From Dehalococcoidia bacterium (GTDB lineage Bacteria > Chloroflexota > Dehalococcoidia > Lucifugimonadales > JAGWBF01): a DNA stretch of 64,000 bases. The stretch covers positions 64,712-128,711 of the forward strand of contig DAOUKR010000007.1 in assembly GCA_034421095.1 (NCBI GenBank), given 5' to 3'. The notes beneath the pieces were generated by a model, which ran no database searches, had not been told where the DNA came from, and saw only the letters and a program-made list of their open reading frames with translations. Of this stretch, positions 39,969 to 50,811 are shown one piece after another (positions within the stretch are counted from its first letter, which is position 1; the number at the start of each line of letters is the position of its first letter). Both the position numbers and the translations under genes were made by a program.

Positions 39969-40036
39969 TAAGGCAGATATGATAGAATGCAGCATTGGGG
40001 TTGAGTCCATGGGATTCAGATGTTCTTGAGGGATGA

Positions 40037-43000
40037 GTGATGTATTTTGACCGGCGACTGTTCAGTCTCACACGGGGCGTCCGGCTTCAGATACTGTTTG
40101 CATCACTGCTTGGGTTAACGGCAGTGGGCGCCGGGGTCGCGCGGCTCGCCGTGTCGGGGGTTGTAATCTATCGCGTTCTGACTGGTCAGGTGGGCTTCTC
40201 CGACTTGGCCCTTCCGCTGGTGATAATCGCCGTGCTTATCGTGGTGCGAGGGCTGTTCCAGTACTGGCAGTATGCGGTCAACCATCATACCGCCAACATA
40301 GTGAAAATCAGGTTGCGCCAGAATGTTTACGAACATGCCCTGCACCTGGGCCCCGGATACTTCGACCGGAATCGTACCGGCGACGTGGTGCTCACCCTGG
40401 CAGAGGGCATCGAGAGGCTGGAGACCTTCTTTGGCCAGTACCTCTCCCAGCTCATCGTGTCCGCAGTGGCCCCGCTGGGTATCTTCATCTACATGGTGAC
40501 CCTGGACCCGGTGATTGCGCTGATTTTCCTGGCCTTCGCTGCCCTCACTCTGATTGTACCGGCAATGTTCCACTCCTGGAACCGGGTGAGCAGCTACCGG
40601 AGACGCCAGTCCTACGGCGCTCTTGGGTCCGACTTCCTGGACAGCGTCCAGGGCTTGGCGACACTGAAGGCCTTCGGCCAGAGTGTCCATCGGGGCAGGG
40701 CGCTGGCCGAGCGTGCCCACAATCTTTACAGGAGCACGATGGGAGTGGTCGCGGCCAATGGCGCCACCAGTGCGGCATCCATCTTCTTCATGGTTGTTGG
40801 CGCCGCCGTCGCCCTGGCCGTGGGAGCGGTCCGGGTCAGCAACGGAGACATGGAGCTTCGTCCGCTGCTGATTGTCCTCATGCTTGGCGTCGAAGTTTTC
40901 AGGCCAATGCGGGAGCTCACCAACCTTTACCACCAGGGGATGGCGGTGCTCTCGTCGGCCCAAAGCGTCTTCGGAATCCTGGATGAGCAGGTCACGGTCC
41001 GGGACCCGGAGCGGCCGGCCCAACCCCCGTTCACCAGGCTGCGGCCAGAGGTCTCCTTTGAGGAGGTCAGTTTCGGCTACCAGGGGGGTCACAGGCCGGC
41101 CCTTGAAAATGTTTCCTTCCAACTCAGAGAGGGGGAGACCCTTGGCGTAGTTGGCGCCAGCGGGGCAGGAAAATCAACTCTCGTGTGGCTGATGTACCGG
41201 TTCTATGATCCCCAGGCTGGGGCCATCAAGCTGGGAGGCCACGATCTGAAAGACCTCCCCCTCGATGTGCTTCGAGAGAACATATCCGTTGTCACCCAGG
41301 ATACCTACTTATTCCACGGGACCGTCGCGGACAATCTGCGGTTCGGTAAGCCCGACGCAACCCAGCAGGAGTTGGAGGCCGCAGCACGGGCCGCCAACGC
41401 TCACGAATTCATAGAGCACCTCCCTCATGGGTACGAAACAGTGGTGGGAGAGCGCGCCGTCCGACTGTCGGGGGGACAGCGACAGCGTATAGCCATCGCG
41501 AGGGCCCTTCTGAAAGACGCTCCGGTTCTCCTCCTGGACGAAGCGCTATCCAGCGTTGATGCCGAGAATGAGGCGCTGATACAGTCCGCTCTCGACCGGC
41601 TGATGGAGAACCGGACCACCCTTGTGATTGCCCATCGCTTGTCCAGCGTCATTAACGCCGACCGCATCCTGGTACTGGACCAGGGACACGCAGCCGAAAT
41701 CGGCAGCCACGCCGAGTTGATAGCGGCGGGCGGAACTTACGCGCGGCTGATGGAGCAGCAGACGAGGCTGGGAGTGGGCGACATCTCTACCGTTGCAAAC
41801 CGACCCGCCGGGCCGAATCTAGCAGGCCACCACCAGCCGGACTTGCCCCATCTCTCGACGGGACACGGACATCATCATCAGGCACCGTCCCACCCCACGT
41901 CCCATCATCATCCCACCCACGTCAAGGTACGTTCCCTTTCGGTATGGGTCAGGCTCTTCGGACTGGTTAGCCCTGTGAAGTACCAGTTCCTGATTACCCT
42001 CACACTGGGCCTGCTCCATCACGGCTCCGTCGTTGTATTGGGGGCGCTGAGCGCACTCCTGGTTGGTGCGGTCTTCAGTGGCGAGCCACTGGGCACGCTG
42101 GTGATGTTGGTATGCGTGTTCGCACCGGTCTCGGCGCTGCTCTTTTTCCTGGAAACCTGGCAAGCTCACGACATGGCCTACAGGTTGCTTGCCCGTATGC
42201 GCGTTGATATATATAACAAGCTGGATGGGTTGGCGCCCTCGTACATGGTCCGTCGTCGTTCTGGTGACTTCGTGAGCGTCGTGGGCGGCGACGTGGAGAC
42301 CGTGGAGTTCTTCTTTGCCCACGCCATATCGCCGATGATCGTCGCAGTGCTGGTCCCTGGTGGACTGCTCATCGCCCTGGCGGTAATCTCTTGGCCGATT
42401 GCCGTCGTCCTGGCCCCATTTCTCATTGCCGTGGCCGTTAGCCCCTTCTTTGCCAACAACCGGATCGAGCGGCTGGGCAACGAAATCCGCGGCCGCATGG
42501 GCGACATTCACGCCTTCATGGTAGATAGCATTCAGGGTATGAGGGAGATCGTAGCTTTTGGCCGTGGCAGGGATAGGAATGAAGAGCTGACACGAAAAGG
42601 CTGGGATTACGCAAGCCACCTGGTGAGGTTCCAAAAGTCCCAGGCATCTCAGATTGGCTTCATGGAGGCCATGATGGGTCTCGGCGGCCTGGCGGTGCTG
42701 TCAATGGGTGTGTGGCTGGTACTGGACGGCCAGATGGAGAGGACGATGCTGCCGTTAGTCAGCGTGTTGGCCCTGTCCGCCTTCAGTCCGGTCACTGAAC
42801 TGGCCCGCACCATGAAGCAGATGATGGAGACCCTGGCATCCTCGCGGCGAATCCTGGAGATTCACGACGAGCCGGTGCCGGTAAGAGACGGCCCAGGTGT
42901 GGCGGCCCAGGCCAACGGAGACGGGGACTCGCCGCCGTCGGTGGACTTCTCGGATGTCGTGTTTGCCTACAGCGATGCCGACCCTCAGGCCCTGGATGGA

Positions 43001-43690
43001 GTCTCCTTCAAAGCCGGTGCGGGCCGGACCATCGCCATCGTCGGGCGCTCCGGGGCTGGCAAGACCACCTGCGCCTACCTGATTATGCGCTTCTGGGACC
43101 CCCAGAGTGGGGCCATACGTCTGGGAGCCCACAGGCTGGACCGTTTCCTGCTGGATGACCTGCGGGGCGAAATCGCCCTCGTTGCCCAGGACACTTACCT
43201 GTTCAACAGCACAATACGTGAAAACATCAGGCTCGGTCGCCACGACGCCACGGACCTGGAGGTGGAGGAGGCAGCCAAGCAGGCGAACGCCCATGACTTC
43301 ATCATGTCCTTCCCTGAAGGGTACGACACCTTCGTAGGTGAGCGGGGGATGCAACTCTCCGGCGGCCAGCGGCAGCGTATTTCCGTCGCCAGGTCTATCC
43401 TGAAGAACGCTCCTGTCCTGGTCCTGGACGAGGCGACTTCACACCTTGACGCCGTCAGCGAGGCTATAGTCCGTGATGCCTTGGACCGGCTGATGGGTGA
43501 CCGGACTACGGTAGTCATCGCCCACAGACTTTCCACCATCCGTAACGCCGATACCATACTGGTGCTGGATGAAGGTCGGCTGGTCGAGCAGGGAACCCAC
43601 GAAGAGCTTCTCGCCAAGGGCAGTCTGTACGCTCAACTGGCGGCGACCCAGATAGTGGCAAGCGGTCCTCACTCCCACCATCACCATTAG
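40037..43690 (+). CDS. Fused ABC exporter (TMD-NBD-TMD-NBD; CydD/CydC- or IrtA/B-like halves)
   Basis: Two Walker A (GASGAGKS, GRSGAGKT), two LSGGQ, two LDEA, two IAHRLS; His-rich linker; HSHHHH C-terminus. Confidence 0.9.
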   Translation: MMYFDRRLFSLTRGVRLQILFASLLGLTAVGAGVARLAVSGVVIYRVLTGQVGFSDLALPLVIIAVLIVVRGLFQYWQYAVNHHTANIVKIRLRQNVYEHALHLGPGYFDRNRTGDVVLTLAEGIERLETFFGQYLSQLIVSAVAPLGIFIYMVTLDPVIALIFLAFAALTLIVPAMFHSWNRVSSYRRRQSYGALGSDFLDSVQGLATLKAFGQSVHRGRALAERAHNLYRSTMGVVAANGATSAASIFFMVVGAAVALAVGAVRVSNGDMELRPLLIVLMLGVEVFRPMRELTNLYHQGMAVLSSAQSVFGILDEQVTVRDPERPAQPPFTRLRPEVSFEEVSFGYQGGHRPALENVSFQLREGETLGVVGASGAGKSTLVWLMYRFYDPQAGAIKLGGHDLKDLPLDVLRENISVVTQDTYLFHGTVADNLRFGKPDATQQELEAAARAANAHEFIEHLPHGYETVVGERAVRLSGGQRQRIAIARALLKDAPVLLLDEALSSVDAENEALIQSALDRLMENRTTLVIAHRLSSVINADRILVLDQGHAAEIGSHAELIAAGGTYARLMEQQTRLGVGDISTVANRPAGPNLAGHHQPDLPHLSTGHGHHHQAPSHPTSHHHPTHVKVRSLSVWVRLFGLVSPVKYQFLITLTLGLLHHGSVVVLGALSALLVGAVFSGEPLGTLVMLVCVFAPVSALLFFLETWQAHDMAYRLLARMRVDIYNKLDGLAPSYMVRRRSGDFVSVVGGDVETVEFFFAHAISPMIVAVLVPGGLLIALAVISWPIAVVLAPFLIAVAVSPFFANNRIERLGNEIRGRMGDIHAFMVDSIQGMREIVAFGRGRDRNEELTRKGWDYASHLVRFQKSQASQIGFMEAMMGLGGLAVLSMGVWLVLDGQMERTMLPLVSVLALSAFSPVTELARTMKQMMETLASSRRILEIHDEPVPVRDGPGVAAQANGDGDSPPSVDFSDVVFAYSDADPQALDGVSFKAGAGRTIAIVGRSGAGKTTCAYLIMRFWDPQSGAIRLGAHRLDRFLLDDLRGEIALVAQDTYLFNSTIRENIRLGRHDATDLEVEEAAKQANAHDFIMSFPEGYDTFVGERGMQLSGGQRQRISVARSILKNAPVLVLDEATSHLDAVSEAIVRDALDRLMGDRTTVVIAHRLSTIRNADTILVLDEGRLVEQGTHEELLAKGSLYAQLAATQIVASGPHSHHHH

Positions 43691-43761
43691 GACTGTCGGG
43701 TGCTGGTACGTCCTGAATGAGGCTGAAGAAGCCCAGGACGACACACCCACGGAAATACGCT

Positions 43762-44000
43762 TCAAGGGCTTCTGCGTTTATCAGGGTTACTGTGGCAAAG
43801 CCAGGGTACTGAGGGCGATTCCCTGAACTTCTCGGCCCTTATAGGGCTGTCCTGGACCATGGGTTTGGTGTAGCGCATGATCGTCCGGCCGGGGCAAACC
43901 GACGTATCATCAACGAAGGAGCGGATGAAGGCCCGTGACCAGGTGAGTTTACTCTCCCTCAACAAGTGGCCCATCTCCTAGGTGGTAGGCCTAAGTCGAC
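43762..44000 (-). pseudogene. Probable C-terminal relic of a large serine recombinase
   Basis: *EMGHLLRESKLTWSRAFIRSFV...IMRYTKPMVQDSPI resembles my recollection of Chloroflexota recombinase-family C-termini; in-frame TAG just upstream; no catalytic domain nearby. Confidence 0.35.
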
Positions 44001-44278
44001 GGTAGGCAGAACCATCTTTGATATACTCCTGGGGTTTATCTGGTCCTGGGCACATGGACCCTGTAGAGAGATCCGAGTCTCTTGGCGTCCACCAGACTTG
44101 TTAAATATATAACCTTCACCTTGAGGCCCGTTCTGGACCTGTAGTCAGTCCTAGCTGTGCCGCATTATACGGAAGCCATCTGCTTGGTTGTGCTAGAATG
44201 TCCATGGAATGTAGCTGCCCGCCGGACAGACGCATCATGTTCCGACGTGCCAAAGGCACGTATCAGCAAGGCTGGCCG

Positions 44279-44860
44279 ATGTTCAAACTGGTTGCTCCGC
44301 GAGACCTAGGCCCGATCCCTGCCGCTGCTACCACGGCCTTCGTGGCCCTGGCTATTTTTGCCTGGACGGAGAGAACCGTCCTCGTTGACCCGGAGGGGAT
44401 GTCAGTTCCTTACTGGCCCTGGAAACTGTGGCAAATTAGCCCGTTGCTGATGGGGCTCGGCGGTGTCTGGTGGGTCTGGATGAGCACCCGGCGAGTCTCC
44501 TGGATGCGCAGCCTGGCGCTGGGCATATTGGCTCTCGTAGTGCTCGCCAACGGATACAGCGACATGTTCGGCGAGCATCGGGGTGACGTGTGGCGCACCG
44601 TCAACCCGCTGTTCATCGGCTCTTCAAGTGTGGCGGTGGTGGCCCTATGGCGCTCTGGGAACACTACTGGGCGAGTGGGGGCGGTGGTTTCAGCGGCGGT
44701 GGGAGTCTTGGTTTTCGCAAATGCATACTTCGTCGACGACGGGGTTGTCTGGCAGATACTGAACCCGGTGCGAATGCTTACGGCACTGGCCTGGGCCGCC
44801 GGCGCTAGTCAGGTCAACGTTGCCACGGCCGAAAGTGGTGAGTCGTTGGGAGATGGCTAG
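44279..44860 (+). CDS. Hypothetical multi-pass membrane protein
   Basis: About six hydrophobic segments; internal repeat (YSDMFGEHRGDVWRTVNPL / FANAYFVDDGVVWQILNPV). Confidence 0.6.
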   Translation: MFKLVAPRDLGPIPAAATTAFVALAIFAWTERTVLVDPEGMSVPYWPWKLWQISPLLMGLGGVWWVWMSTRRVSWMRSLALGILALVVLANGYSDMFGEHRGDVWRTVNPLFIGSSSVAVVALWRSGNTTGRVGAVVSAAVGVLVFANAYFVDDGVVWQILNPVRMLTALAWAAGASQVNVATAESGESLGDG

Positions 44861-45767
44861 CACCGCTGTTGCACCGTAGGTGTACGACCGAGACGTCATT
44901 GACTTGGCGTAGCCCCGTATGGGAACAGGATTTCCGTAGTGCCGGTGACAGGGCCACAGGTTTACCAGAGTCCTAAACGGGGACCTGAATCACGTCCACC
45001 AAACTTGACAAAATCTAGAGCCTTGGTGATTAGAGTCACGTTGGCGTTGTAATCGTCACTCATTCTACCCCATCCTTGATGGCCAACAGACTAGCCCCCG
45101 CAAGACATTGTAGTGACTTTCCGGTTGTTCGTCATCGCCTCAACACAAGCTTATTCCAGTCGGCAAGTCTCCCGAGGGAAATTAGATTGGTAGTGGCCCA
45201 CCGGCAACATTCTTGTGTCCTTGACAAGACGCCGCGTTGTATTGGTATCCTCGAACGCCTCCTGAGCGATTGCAAGTTATCGCTCAATAATGCCCAGTAT
45301 ACCTGGTGAGCTCCAATAATCTTGGAGGCGGATGAGGAGGTGCTACCGTCGGAGTTTTGTCCTGCGCCCGCCCTTTCGAGGAGGCATTGGCCGTACCTGA
45401 TGGGCATGCTCGCCTCGGCCTTTGCGACTTGACTTCCTCCGCGGAACGATCGCAACAGTATTGAGAGAGGAGACCTGGGCTGAGGTGCGGTGCCTCGTTA
45501 GCGACGAAGCAATTGTCAACGACACATCAGTGGATAGCGGCGCACTTATAAAGTCTGCTATCGACCAAGGGACGCCCGAGATCTTTCAGGTCTTGCTGGA
45601 CGCCGGGATCAACCCTGCATGCGCCCATGAATAGGATTACACACTGCGTCACCGAACTGTCGCTGTTGGCAACGCCGACTAGGTCCTACTGTTGACAGGC
45701 GTGTGTCCAGACCAACTGAACGACGTGCAGCAGGATATGAGCATATTCGGCTACGACCGGACGCCGC

Positions 45768-47405
45768 TCAGGGTGTTGACAGGTTATTCTCCTCCTTGGT
45801 CATGAACTCCAGCAGAGCGGGCTGCCCAGTGGCCATCGCTCCCTGGGCGCGCTTGATGGCGGGGATAATCTCCTTGGGGTCCTCGACTCTCTCACCGTAA
45901 GCGCCCAGGGCCTTGGCAATGTTGGCGTACTCGCCGTAGAGGTTGGTAAAGCCGAACTTCTCGGCGGCCACAGGGTAGTTCCTGTCGTAACCACTCAGCA
46001 CGTGATTATTCAGGACCATAATAAGGATGGGAATCTGAAGCCGCGTTGCCGTTTCAATGTCCATGCCCGCCATTCCTATAGCAGCATCTCCCATTATGGC
46101 GGCCACCAGCTTATCGGGTGCGGCCAATTTGGCACCCATAGACAGCCCCAGGGAGTAACCCAGTTGGCTGGAGTTGCCCCAGCCCAAATAGCCCCGGGGT
46201 GTGATAGCCTCATAGAACGGGATGGTCTGGTCTCGCGGATGGCCGGAGTCGTGGGTCAGGATGGTCTGGGTGCGGTCCACCGTCTGCATGAAGTCCCATA
46301 TCACACGATAGGGATTTATGGGAACCTCATCGGAGGTCAGAAGAGGCATCCACCCCTCCAGCCATTCATCCTTCATCTTCTTGATTTCCTGAGCTACCAC
46401 TCCATCGCCCCTCTTGCCGTCGGGCCCCGCCTGCCTGTGCACCTCCTCGATAAGCTGGGGGAGGACCAGGCCCGCATCGCCAACGACGGCGTGATGGATT
46501 TGATGCTCCTTATTAAGGTCTTGCACGTCAACGTTGCACTGTACCAGCGTCTTACCACTCGGCACTCCCATAGATGCCAGGTTGGTGGTGAAGCTGCATC
46601 CGATACCGAAGACCAGGTCTGCCCTGTCCAAGAAATGTCGGGATGCCCTGGTCCACGTGCGCGCCCCGGTACCCAATGCAAGGGGATGGTCCTCTGGGAA
46701 GGCACTTTTGCCCGTGTTGGTGGTCATCACAGGGGCATTCACCAGTTCGGCAAACTCCCGTAGTTGCTCAGATGCCTCGGCCCACAGGACTCCTTGACCC
46801 GCATAAATCACGGGCCTATCAGCATCAAGAATGGCCTTGACCGCGCCAGCAATATCGCTGGGGTCGCCGGCGCTCCTGTATCCTTTGACGGGCCTGTAGT
46901 TGAATGCCACCTCGCTTATCTCTTCCATGGCTACATCGCCGGGCATCTCCAGCATGACCGGGCTGCCCCTGCCCGACCGGAGAAAGGTGAAGGCCCGCCG
47001 CATCATCTCGGGAATGCGGTCGGCCTGGTTAATCTGGGACGCCCATTTTGTAATGTTACGGTAGGACTCTACCGCCAGGAAGTCCGGGGGTTGACCAATT
47101 TTGTTCCGGGGAGCGCCTCCGGGAAGCACAAGTATCGGAGTAGACTCGGCATGGGCATGAGCAACTCCGCCGAAGGCGTTCTCTATGCCGGGACCATACT
47201 GGGTAACGACAACGCCTATTCGTCGCCCATTGGACGCCCGGCTATAACCGTCGGCCATGTTCACCGTTGTCCGCTCGCTCCGGGACATGATGGGCTTGAT
47301 TCCGGCGATGGCGGCCTCTTCAATCAAAGGGTTGGACGGATAGCAAAATACATATTCGGTTCCTTCCATGTGTAGAATGTTGGCTAAAGCTGTGACACCA
47401 CGCAT
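45768..47405 (-). CDS. Thiamine pyrophosphate-dependent enzyme (acetolactate synthase-like)
   Basis: RSERTTVNMADGY, QYGPGIEN, GDAAIGMAG...LNN ThDP motif; RBS AGGAGG. Confidence 0.92.
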   Translation of the reverse strand: MRGVTALANILHMEGTEYVFCYPSNPLIEEAAIAGIKPIMSRSERTTVNMADGYSRASNGRRIGVVVTQYGPGIENAFGGVAHAHAESTPILVLPGGAPRNKIGQPPDFLAVESYRNITKWASQINQADRIPEMMRRAFTFLRSGRGSPVMLEMPGDVAMEEISEVAFNYRPVKGYRSAGDPSDIAGAVKAILDADRPVIYAGQGVLWAEASEQLREFAELVNAPVMTTNTGKSAFPEDHPLALGTGARTWTRASRHFLDRADLVFGIGCSFTTNLASMGVPSGKTLVQCNVDVQDLNKEHQIHHAVVGDAGLVLPQLIEEVHRQAGPDGKRGDGVVAQEIKKMKDEWLEGWMPLLTSDEVPINPYRVIWDFMQTVDRTQTILTHDSGHPRDQTIPFYEAITPRGYLGWGNSSQLGYSLGLSMGAKLAAPDKLVAAIMGDAAIGMAGMDIETATRLQIPILIMVLNNHVLSGYDRNYPVAAEKFGFTNLYGEYANIAKALGAYGERVEDPKEIIPAIKRAQGAMATGQPALLEFMTKEENNLSTP

Positions 47406-47523
47406 CAGGGGCCTCCTTGCAAGCAGAGTTCTTTCTTTACTGTCTTCACTGTATAATGCTACCATAACTTACGGGTCCCGTGGCCTTTGCCACATGGATA
47501 CGGCAGTACAATCAACCCGGAAC

Positions 47524-48615
47524 CTATGTGTTGAACAGGAAGTTTATGATGTCTCCGTCCTGGACTGGGTAACCGCGTCCCTCGGCTCGGAGAACACCTC
47601 GGCGGCGCGCCTCTGCCATGCTGCCAGAGAGCGCCAAGTCGTCGTAGGATATGACCTCGGCGCGAATGAATCCCCGCTCTATATCGGAGTGTATAACACC
47701 CGCCGCCTTTACTGCGGGAGTGCTCTCCGGTATGCTCCAGGCCCGCACCTCGTCGGGCCCCATGGTCAGGAAAGATACCAGGCTGAGCAGACTGTACGAT
47801 AGCCTAATCATGCGGTCCGCACCCGCCTCCCCGGCTTTTAACGACCCCCTGAAATTCTCTTCCTCTTCGGGGTCCATCTGTGCCAGCTCTTCCTCCAGCT
47901 TTCCGCACATAACCGTACATCCCACTCGGGGGGAGTTGAGTCTCAGAAGCATTTCTTCTTCAATCTCAAGCAACCGTGGAATGCGCTCCTCGTCAATATT
48001 TTGCAAGATGAGCATGGGTTTGCCGGTGAGGAACTGGTAGCCGCTAATCACGTGCTCTTCATCAGGCGCCAAGGCTTGCTCACGGATTGGGATGTCCTGG
48101 GATAACGCCTCCTTTAACCTCTCGATTAGTGCCGCCTCACTTTGTATACGGCTGCGTTCCTGAGATCTGGCGCCCTTGAGTTCCGACGTCAGCCGTTCCC
48201 AACGGCGTTCAAGTATGGTCAGGTCCGAGAAAGCGAGTTCCAGGTTCATGTTGGAAATGTCACGATAGGGGTCCGGATACCCCTCCACGTGTGGCACCGA
48301 CGGGTCGTCGAAGGCACGTACCACGTGGAGCAGAGCGTCACAGGATTGCAGAGAGTTCAAATAACGACCACCAAGGTCGCCGCTTCGTCCCAACCCTTCC
48401 GGCGCACCCGGTATATCTATGTACCGTACTTCGGCAGGCACAACGCGTTTAGGATTGACCATAGAGGACAGGAAATGGAGGCGTGGGTCGGGCACTTTGG
48501 CAACGCCGATATTTGGCTTGGCTGAGGCATCGCCGGCCTCGGCATGTCCTCTGGTGAGGGCGTTGAACGTTGTTGTCTTGCCACTTTTGGGCAAGCCGAT
48601 GATTCCCAATTCCAT
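47524..48615 (-). CDS. ychF: Redox-regulated ATPase YchF
   Basis: GIIGLPKSGKTT, DIPG, HVVRAF, FLTMGPDEVRAW, AGVIHSDIERGFIRAEV, DGDIINFLFN. Confidence 0.95.
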   Translation of the reverse strand: MELGIIGLPKSGKTTTFNALTRGHAEAGDASAKPNIGVAKVPDPRLHFLSSMVNPKRVVPAEVRYIDIPGAPEGLGRSGDLGGRYLNSLQSCDALLHVVRAFDDPSVPHVEGYPDPYRDISNMNLELAFSDLTILERRWERLTSELKGARSQERSRIQSEAALIERLKEALSQDIPIREQALAPDEEHVISGYQFLTGKPMLILQNIDEERIPRLLEIEEEMLLRLNSPRVGCTVMCGKLEEELAQMDPEEEENFRGSLKAGEAGADRMIRLSYSLLSLVSFLTMGPDEVRAWSIPESTPAVKAAGVIHSDIERGFIRAEVISYDDLALSGSMAEARRRGVLRAEGRGYPVQDGDIINFLFNT

Positions 48616-48909
48616 CAGGCACCTTTGCTACCCGGTATATTGAAGATATGGGTAGGCGGCTGCCATTTTACGCTCATAGTGGCTGTCACGCAACCGGCGA
48701 GTTGCATCAACGGCAAGGTAGCTTTCAACCTTCTCCTGGTGTACAATACGAGCCGAAGAACCATGCGACCCTTGCCGTGTGTCACTTCACCATTTTCGCA
48801 CCCTTCGGCTTCGGTGTTGCACGATTCTGCGCCCTTCATCTGATGCCCTGCTATTAGCACCGGGCGATTTTGAGAAATGTATTACTGTGGAGCTAGTAAG
48901 GAGTAGACA

Positions 48910-50670
48910 ATGACTACTTTTATGGGCCAGAACACTTCCATCAAGACTGAGACAGACGTCGCCATACCCATGAGAGACGGTGCGCGGCTATACGCCGACG
49001 TTTACCGGCCCGATACCTCCGAGAGGGTTCCAGTCCTGCTGCAACGCACTCCTTACAACAAGAACATGCCCGCCGCCCGCGGCTCTGTTCTGGACGCATT
49101 GCGGGCCGTTTCTCACGGCTACGCGGTGGTAATTCAGGATACCAGGGGCCGCTACGCCTCCGATGGAGAATTCTACCCATTCCGGGATGAGATAGATGAC
49201 GGCTACGATACGGTGGAATGGTGCGCCTCCCAGCCCTGGAGCAGCGGCAAGGTTGGAATGTACGGGCGTTCCTATACTGGCGCTACCCAGTGGCTCGCCT
49301 CCCTTTCCCGTCCGCCGTCCCTGGCCGCCATAGTCCCCGGTATCACCGCGTCTGACTATCACGAAGGCTGGACCTACCAAGGCGGAGCCTTTGAGTTGGG
49401 CTTCGCCGTCTCCTGGACCCTTTTGCAGCTTACCATGGCTAATTTGGCAACTCACTATCGTGGCAGTCAGGTCCCATCAGAGACGCGAGACAATCTGCTG
49501 AAGGCAGTAGATGGCTTGGAGGAGACCTTCCGATTCGTGCCACCAAAGGACTTCCCTCACCTCAAGGATGGCCTGGCCCCCTATTTCTACGATTGGCTTG
49601 CCCACCCGAGTGCTGACGACTACTGGAAACGCTGGCGCATCGAAGACCACCATGGCGAGATAGCAGTCCCCGCCTTACATATAGGGGGATGGCACGACAT
49701 CTTCCTGAAGGGCACCTTGAGAAACTTTCAGGGCATGAGGGAACGGGGTCCCACGGACAGTGTCCGTAAGGGTCAGAAGCTAATCGTGGGTCCCTGGCAT
49801 CACGGCGCCGGTACGGATGTGTCCGGCGAGTACTACTTCGGGCTTATGGCCAACGAGGCGGCCATAGACGTTCCCGGTGCCCATCTCCGGTGGTATGACT
49901 ACTGGCTGAAGGGCATTGACAATGGCGTACTGGACGAAGCCCCGGTCCGTATATTCGTGATGGGGGATAACGTCTGGCGCTACGAGCAGGAGTGGCCCCT
50001 GGCCCGTACCCAATATACACCCTACTACTTTCACAGTGACGGAAAGGCCAGCACCTTGAATGGGGATGGCAGCCTGTCGCCGGAACGACCAGGCTCTGAG
50101 CCGCCCGACGTATACCTCTACGACCCCAGGTCTCCGGTGCCCACCAGGGGCGGCGGGCTTTGCTGCAACGCCGGATTTCTCCCCGGAGGTCCCTTCGACC
50201 AGCGCAGCATAGAGTCCCGACCCGACGTGCTGGTCTACACGACTCCGGCCCTTGAGCATGACCTGGAAGTCACCGGCCCTGTCAACGTTACGCTGTATGC
50301 GATCAGCTCGGCCCCGGACACCGACTTCACCGCCAAGCTGGTGGACGTATCCCCGTGCGGCTGCTCAAGAAGCCTTACCGATGGCATCATACGCGCCCGC
50401 TACCGGGAGACCCTGGCAGAATCGAAGCTGATTGAGCCGGGCAACGTCTACGAGTACACCATAGACCTGGTAGCCACCAGCAACGTTTTCAAGGCGGGTC
50501 ACAGTATAAGGGTGGAAGTGTCCAGCAGCAATTTCCCGCGCTTCGACAGGAACCCCAATACAGGCGGTGAGCCTTGGGAGGAGAGCGAGCTGCGCCCCGC
50601 CGTTCAGACCATTCTGCATAGCGACCAGTATCCCTCCCACATAACCTTGCCCGTCATACCCGGTGGGTAG
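48910..50670 (+). CDS. CocE/NonD family hydrolase
   Basis: MRDGARLYADVYRP, QDTRGRYASDG, GRSYTG nucleophile, GGWHD, GPWHH, SSSNFPRFDRNPNTG. Confidence 0.93.
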   Translation: MTTFMGQNTSIKTETDVAIPMRDGARLYADVYRPDTSERVPVLLQRTPYNKNMPAARGSVLDALRAVSHGYAVVIQDTRGRYASDGEFYPFRDEIDDGYDTVEWCASQPWSSGKVGMYGRSYTGATQWLASLSRPPSLAAIVPGITASDYHEGWTYQGGAFELGFAVSWTLLQLTMANLATHYRGSQVPSETRDNLLKAVDGLEETFRFVPPKDFPHLKDGLAPYFYDWLAHPSADDYWKRWRIEDHHGEIAVPALHIGGWHDIFLKGTLRNFQGMRERGPTDSVRKGQKLIVGPWHHGAGTDVSGEYYFGLMANEAAIDVPGAHLRWYDYWLKGIDNGVLDEAPVRIFVMGDNVWRYEQEWPLARTQYTPYYFHSDGKASTLNGDGSLSPERPGSEPPDVYLYDPRSPVPTRGGGLCCNAGFLPGGPFDQRSIESRPDVLVYTTPALEHDLEVTGPVNVTLYAISSAPDTDFTAKLVDVSPCGCSRSLTDGIIRARYRETLAESKLIEPGNVYEYTIDLVATSNVFKAGHSIRVEVSSSNFPRFDRNPNTGGEPWEESELRPAVQTILHSDQYPSHITLPVIPGG

Positions 50671-50811
50671 GGCAAAAGGGGGGCAGTCGCTCAGTGGTGT
50701 CGAGGTATGGGTGTCTTGTGTTGGGGATTCTGCTGTCCCTCATCTTTCTGGCGGCCCTACTGACGTGCAGGATAAGAGGTTTCCCTGTGTAAACGGCCCT
50801 GGCAGCCTCTA

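Noticed and set aside
44966-45067. Short minus-strand ORF MSDDYNANVTLITKALDFVKFGG... of about 33 aa
   Set aside because: Too short, no recognisable family, lies in a decayed region; cannot be supported as a gene
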